Source: Rickettsiales bacterium
Lineage (GTDB): Bacteria; Pseudomonadota; Alphaproteobacteria; Rickettsiales; UBA8987
Length of the DNA stretch: 64,000 nt
Direction of reading: 5' to 3'
NCBI GenBank assembly: GCA_965222525.1
Contig: OZ244955.1
Coordinates: 1,345,893 to 1,409,892 of the forward strand
Part shown: piece by piece, positions 63,679-64,000 of the stretch
Layout of the letters: each line of letters opens with the position of its first letter
Position numbering within the stretch: the first letter of the stretch is position 1
Notes under the pieces: generated by a model
Told to the model about the DNA's origin: nothing
The model's input: the letters and a program-made list of their open reading frames with translations, nothing else
Database searches by the model: none
Position numbers and translations under genes: made by a program

Positions 63679-64000
63679 ATGCCAATAGAGATATTGATGC
63701 CGGCGCTTTCGCCGACTATGACGGAGGGGACTTTGGCCAAGTGGCTGAAAGCGGAGGGGGATGTTGTGTCCGCCGGTGATGTTATTGCCGAAATTGAGAC
63801 TGACAAGGCCACTATGGAAGTCGAGGCGGTTGATGAGGGTGTGCTTGGTCGTATAGTGGTCAAGGATGGTACCGATAATGTGCCTGTTAATAATGTAATT
63901 GCGCTGCTGCTGGAGGATGGTGAGGATAAGTCGGTGCTGGATGATTACGTAGTGGCTAGTAATGAGAATCCAGAGTTTAGTGAAGAATCCAGTAGAAGCC
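63679..64000 (+). CDS. pdhC: Pyruvate dehydrogenase E2 (dihydrolipoamide acetyltransferase), N-terminal lipoyl domain; runs off the right edge of the window
   Basis: 'MPIEILMPALSPTMTEGTLAKWLK..GDVIAEIETDKATMEVEA' is a lipoyl domain. The ATG directly follows the hepT stop (TAAATG). Confidence 0.9.
   Translation, partial: MPIEILMPALSPTMTEGTLAKWLKAEGDVVSAGDVIAEIETDKATMEVEAVDEGVLGRIVVKDGTDNVPVNNVIALLLEDGEDKSVLDDYVVASNENPEFSEESSRS

Noticed and set aside
1-64000. tRNA, rRNA, tmRNA, RNase P RNA, riboswitches (FMN before ribE, ZTP before purL, Moco before moeA), integrases and transposases
   Set aside because: I inspected the intergenic regions by eye and recognised no cloverleaf-like or conserved-core sequences. 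The spacers before ribE (28 nt) and purL (about 110 nt) are too short or lack the conserved motifs. This is a weak negative, because no covariance-model scan could be run.

Overview
This 64-kb window looks like part of a flagellated, LPS-producing alphaproteobacterium. That is an inference from gene content (LpxI, HdaA, an NDUFA12-like protein, CcmB, alpha-type FtsL, PdhB/PdhC, flgB-flgC-fliE). I call about 60 protein genes, tightly packed. Most are GC-rich housekeeping genes: hppA, cysNC, tgt, asd, mlaD, recF, hdaA, ccmB, gpsA, pyrE, ribE, dapE, trmD, rppH, tolC, lpxI-lpxA-ugd-galU, moeA, two MscS channels, the dcw block mraZ-rsmH-ftsL-ftsI-murE, a DD-carboxypeptidase, rlpA, lpxK-waaA, tsaE, tatC, purL, a Dus enzyme and pdhB/pdhC. 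I recognised no rRNA, tRNA, CRISPR array, integrase or transposase. Three things stand out. (1) Intergenic and intercistronic spacers hold at least five families of structured palindromic repeats, which I label A, B, C, D and H (heptamer-periodic hairpins). Some sit inside the dcw and flagellar operons, one is nested inside another, and one H-type hairpin lies in frame inside cysN. (2) AT-rich islets carry orphan genes. The largest (about 5.6-11.6 kb) has two paralogous prepilin-type proteins convergent with a 1232-aa secreted protein built from two LamG domains, calcium-binding repeats and a beta-helix. Others hold an inverted-repeat-flanked orphan gene (27.5-28.3 kb), a cluster of small proteins with a very divergent LDH/MDH-like dehydrogenase (30.9-33.3 kb), and a lipoprotein sitting where pdhA would be expected. 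(3) A HepT/MNT toxin-antitoxin pair is inserted, with start/stop coupling on both sides, between pdhB and pdhC. I also see a likely mraZ promoter with phased TGGGA operator boxes. I found no single clear novel system. The best leads are the pilin/adhesin island, the repeat network and the toxin-antitoxin pair inside the pdh operon. All calls come from reading motifs by eye; nothing was searched against a database.
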